54,598 nt of DNA from Octopus bimaculoides (Eukaryota). The position numbers and the translations under genes were made by a program. The DNA lies in NCBI RefSeq assembly GCF_001194135.2, contig NC_068990.1:7182597-7237194 (forward strand). Reading direction: 5' to 3'. This document shows, piece by piece, positions 52,746 to 54,598 of the stretch. Under the pieces are notes generated by a model. The model was not told the origin of the DNA, made no database searches, and was given only the letters and a program-made list of their open reading frames with translations. Every line of letters begins with the position of its first letter. Within the stretch, counting starts at the first letter, position 1.

Positions 52746-53426
52746 AAAGTTATTATGGGAAATATTTTCTGACAGTAAGAAAAAGTAGATGTCCATATTT
52801 GCGCTTGTTTGTTTTTGCTATTATCTGCAATAAACAAATAATTTTAAAATCTCAAAATTAAAATCATAAGAGCTTATAATTTAAGCAGCTTCTTGCTATC
52901 TTCTTCAGCTGTTAAACTATCAATTCTAATGTCTTAAAATATTATGTCTAGGGAAACAACTGTCACATATTTATTCGAATTAAAATCTGTAAAAAGCAAG
53001 ATCTACTTCAGTATTATAATTACAAACCATTATTTTCATTGGCTTCAAGATCCTCGGATATGTAATAAATTTATTCTGCACTAAAATAAGGGCAACAATA
53101 CATGAAAAAACTTAACTGAGTGCAATGGCCATAAAAAAAAATAGAGACAGTGGCTGAAAACTGCAAACTCAAAGCTAAGATTGGAGAGTTCTTGGTTACA
53201 GCACAGGATTAAACTCTTTGGTTCAGAAACCTCCAAAGCATATAATGGAGCAGATTATATTAAGTAACTGCAGAATATGTAGGCACGGGGTGGGATGTGT
53301 GAAAGAAACAATCATAGAGTCTATAACTGCTCAATCTTAGCCTGGAACAATAGTGTCTTTTAGGTATACATAGATTGGAAATTATGACAACATTGTGAAA
53401 TACCAACAGAAAAAAATTGATATATA

Positions 53427-53462
<36 letters not shown>

Positions 53463-53598
53463 ACAACAAGCTTCTTTCAGTTTCTGCCTATCAACTCCAT
53501 TCATGACGCTCTGGTTGGCCTGAGGCTATAGTAGAAGACACTTGCTGAAGGTGCCATGCAGCAGGATTGAACCCAGAAACATGTGGTTAGGAATCAAG

Positions 53599-53881
53599 NN
53601 NNNNNNNNNNNNNNNNNNNNNNNNNNNNNNNNNNNNNNNNNNNNNNNNNNNNNNNNNNNNNNNNNNNNNNNNNNNNNNNNNNNNNNNNNNNNNNNNNNNN
53701 NNNNNNNNNNNNNNNNNNNNNNNNNNNNNNNNNNNNNNNNNNNNNNNNNNNNNNNNNNNNNNNNNNNNNNNNNNNNNNNNNNNNNNNNNNNNNNNNNNNN
53801 NNNNNNNNNNNNNNNNNNNNNNNNNNNNNNNNNNNNNNNNNNNNNNNNNNNNNNNNNNNNNNNNNNNNNNNNNNNNNNNNN
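53599..53881. other. Assembly gap (283 N); 10-N gaps also occur near 15253 and 52704
   Basis: N runs in the sequence. Confidence 0.99.
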
Positions 53882-53957
53882 GCCCTTCCATATGCCAGTC
53901 ACTTTACAGAATGTACCGGGTGCTTCTTATGTATATATAATATATGTGTATAATTTC

Positions 53958-54001
<44 letters not shown>

Positions 54002-54553
54002 CCCACATATATAATGTGTATATATGTGTTCATATATATATTACGCATATATATCGTTATCATCATTTAACATCTGACTTCCATACATGCATGGGTAGGA
54101 CAGTTGACAGGGATCTGGCCAGATAGAAAACTACTCTAGACTACTGTGTCTGTTTTGGCAAAGTTTTTTACGGCTGGATGCCCTTCTTAACACCAACCAC
54201 TCCGCAGAGTGAACTCAGTGCTTTTTACATGGCACTAACACAGGTGAGGTTAGTTTTGGCATGATTTTTACAGCTGGATGCCCTTCCAAATGCCAACCAC
54301 TTTACAGTGTGGACTGGATGCTTTTTACATGGTATCAGTATTGGCAGGGTCACCAGGCAATTTTCAAGACAAGTATGCATAGTTGCAGGCATGGATGTGT
54401 GGTAAGAAGCTTGCTTCCCAGCGACATGGTTCTGGGTTCAGTTCCACTGCATGGCACCTTGGGCAAATGTCTTCTACTATAGCTTCAGGCTGACCAAAAC
54501 CTTGGGAGTGAATTTGGTAGATGGAAACTGAAAGAAGCCCATCGTATATGTAT

Positions 54554-54598
<45 letters not shown>

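Overview
AT-rich, microsatellite- and transposon-dense animal genomic DNA. The SINE/RTE repertoire looks like an octopus (coleoid cephalopod) genome; this is inferred from recalled repeat families, not from a search. The only host gene I can support is part of an axonemal outer-arm dynein heavy chain (DNAH5/DNAH8 type) on the + strand: nine GT-AG exons between 12697 and 38505, 1648 coding nt. They splice in frame and run from the linker into AAA1 (Walker A GPAGTGKT, Walker [10 protein letters not shown]). The flanking exons were not found, so the first 12.7 kb and last 16 kb are probably long introns. The rest is mostly TE debris: mariner, Tigger/pogo, Chapaev3, hAT and piggyBac DNA elements/MITEs; RTE, CR1, R4/Dong and HERO-like LINE fragments; Penelope-like termini; several tRNA-derived SINE families; and SSRs. 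I found no convincing new multi-gene system. The best leads are a decayed Penelope-type hammerhead ribozyme, a 5'-truncated R4/Dong element sitting in an (AAT)n tract inside a nested TE cluster, and two long intronic fold-backs that could be ADAR substrates. Coordinates were counted by hand; TE boundaries are approximate.
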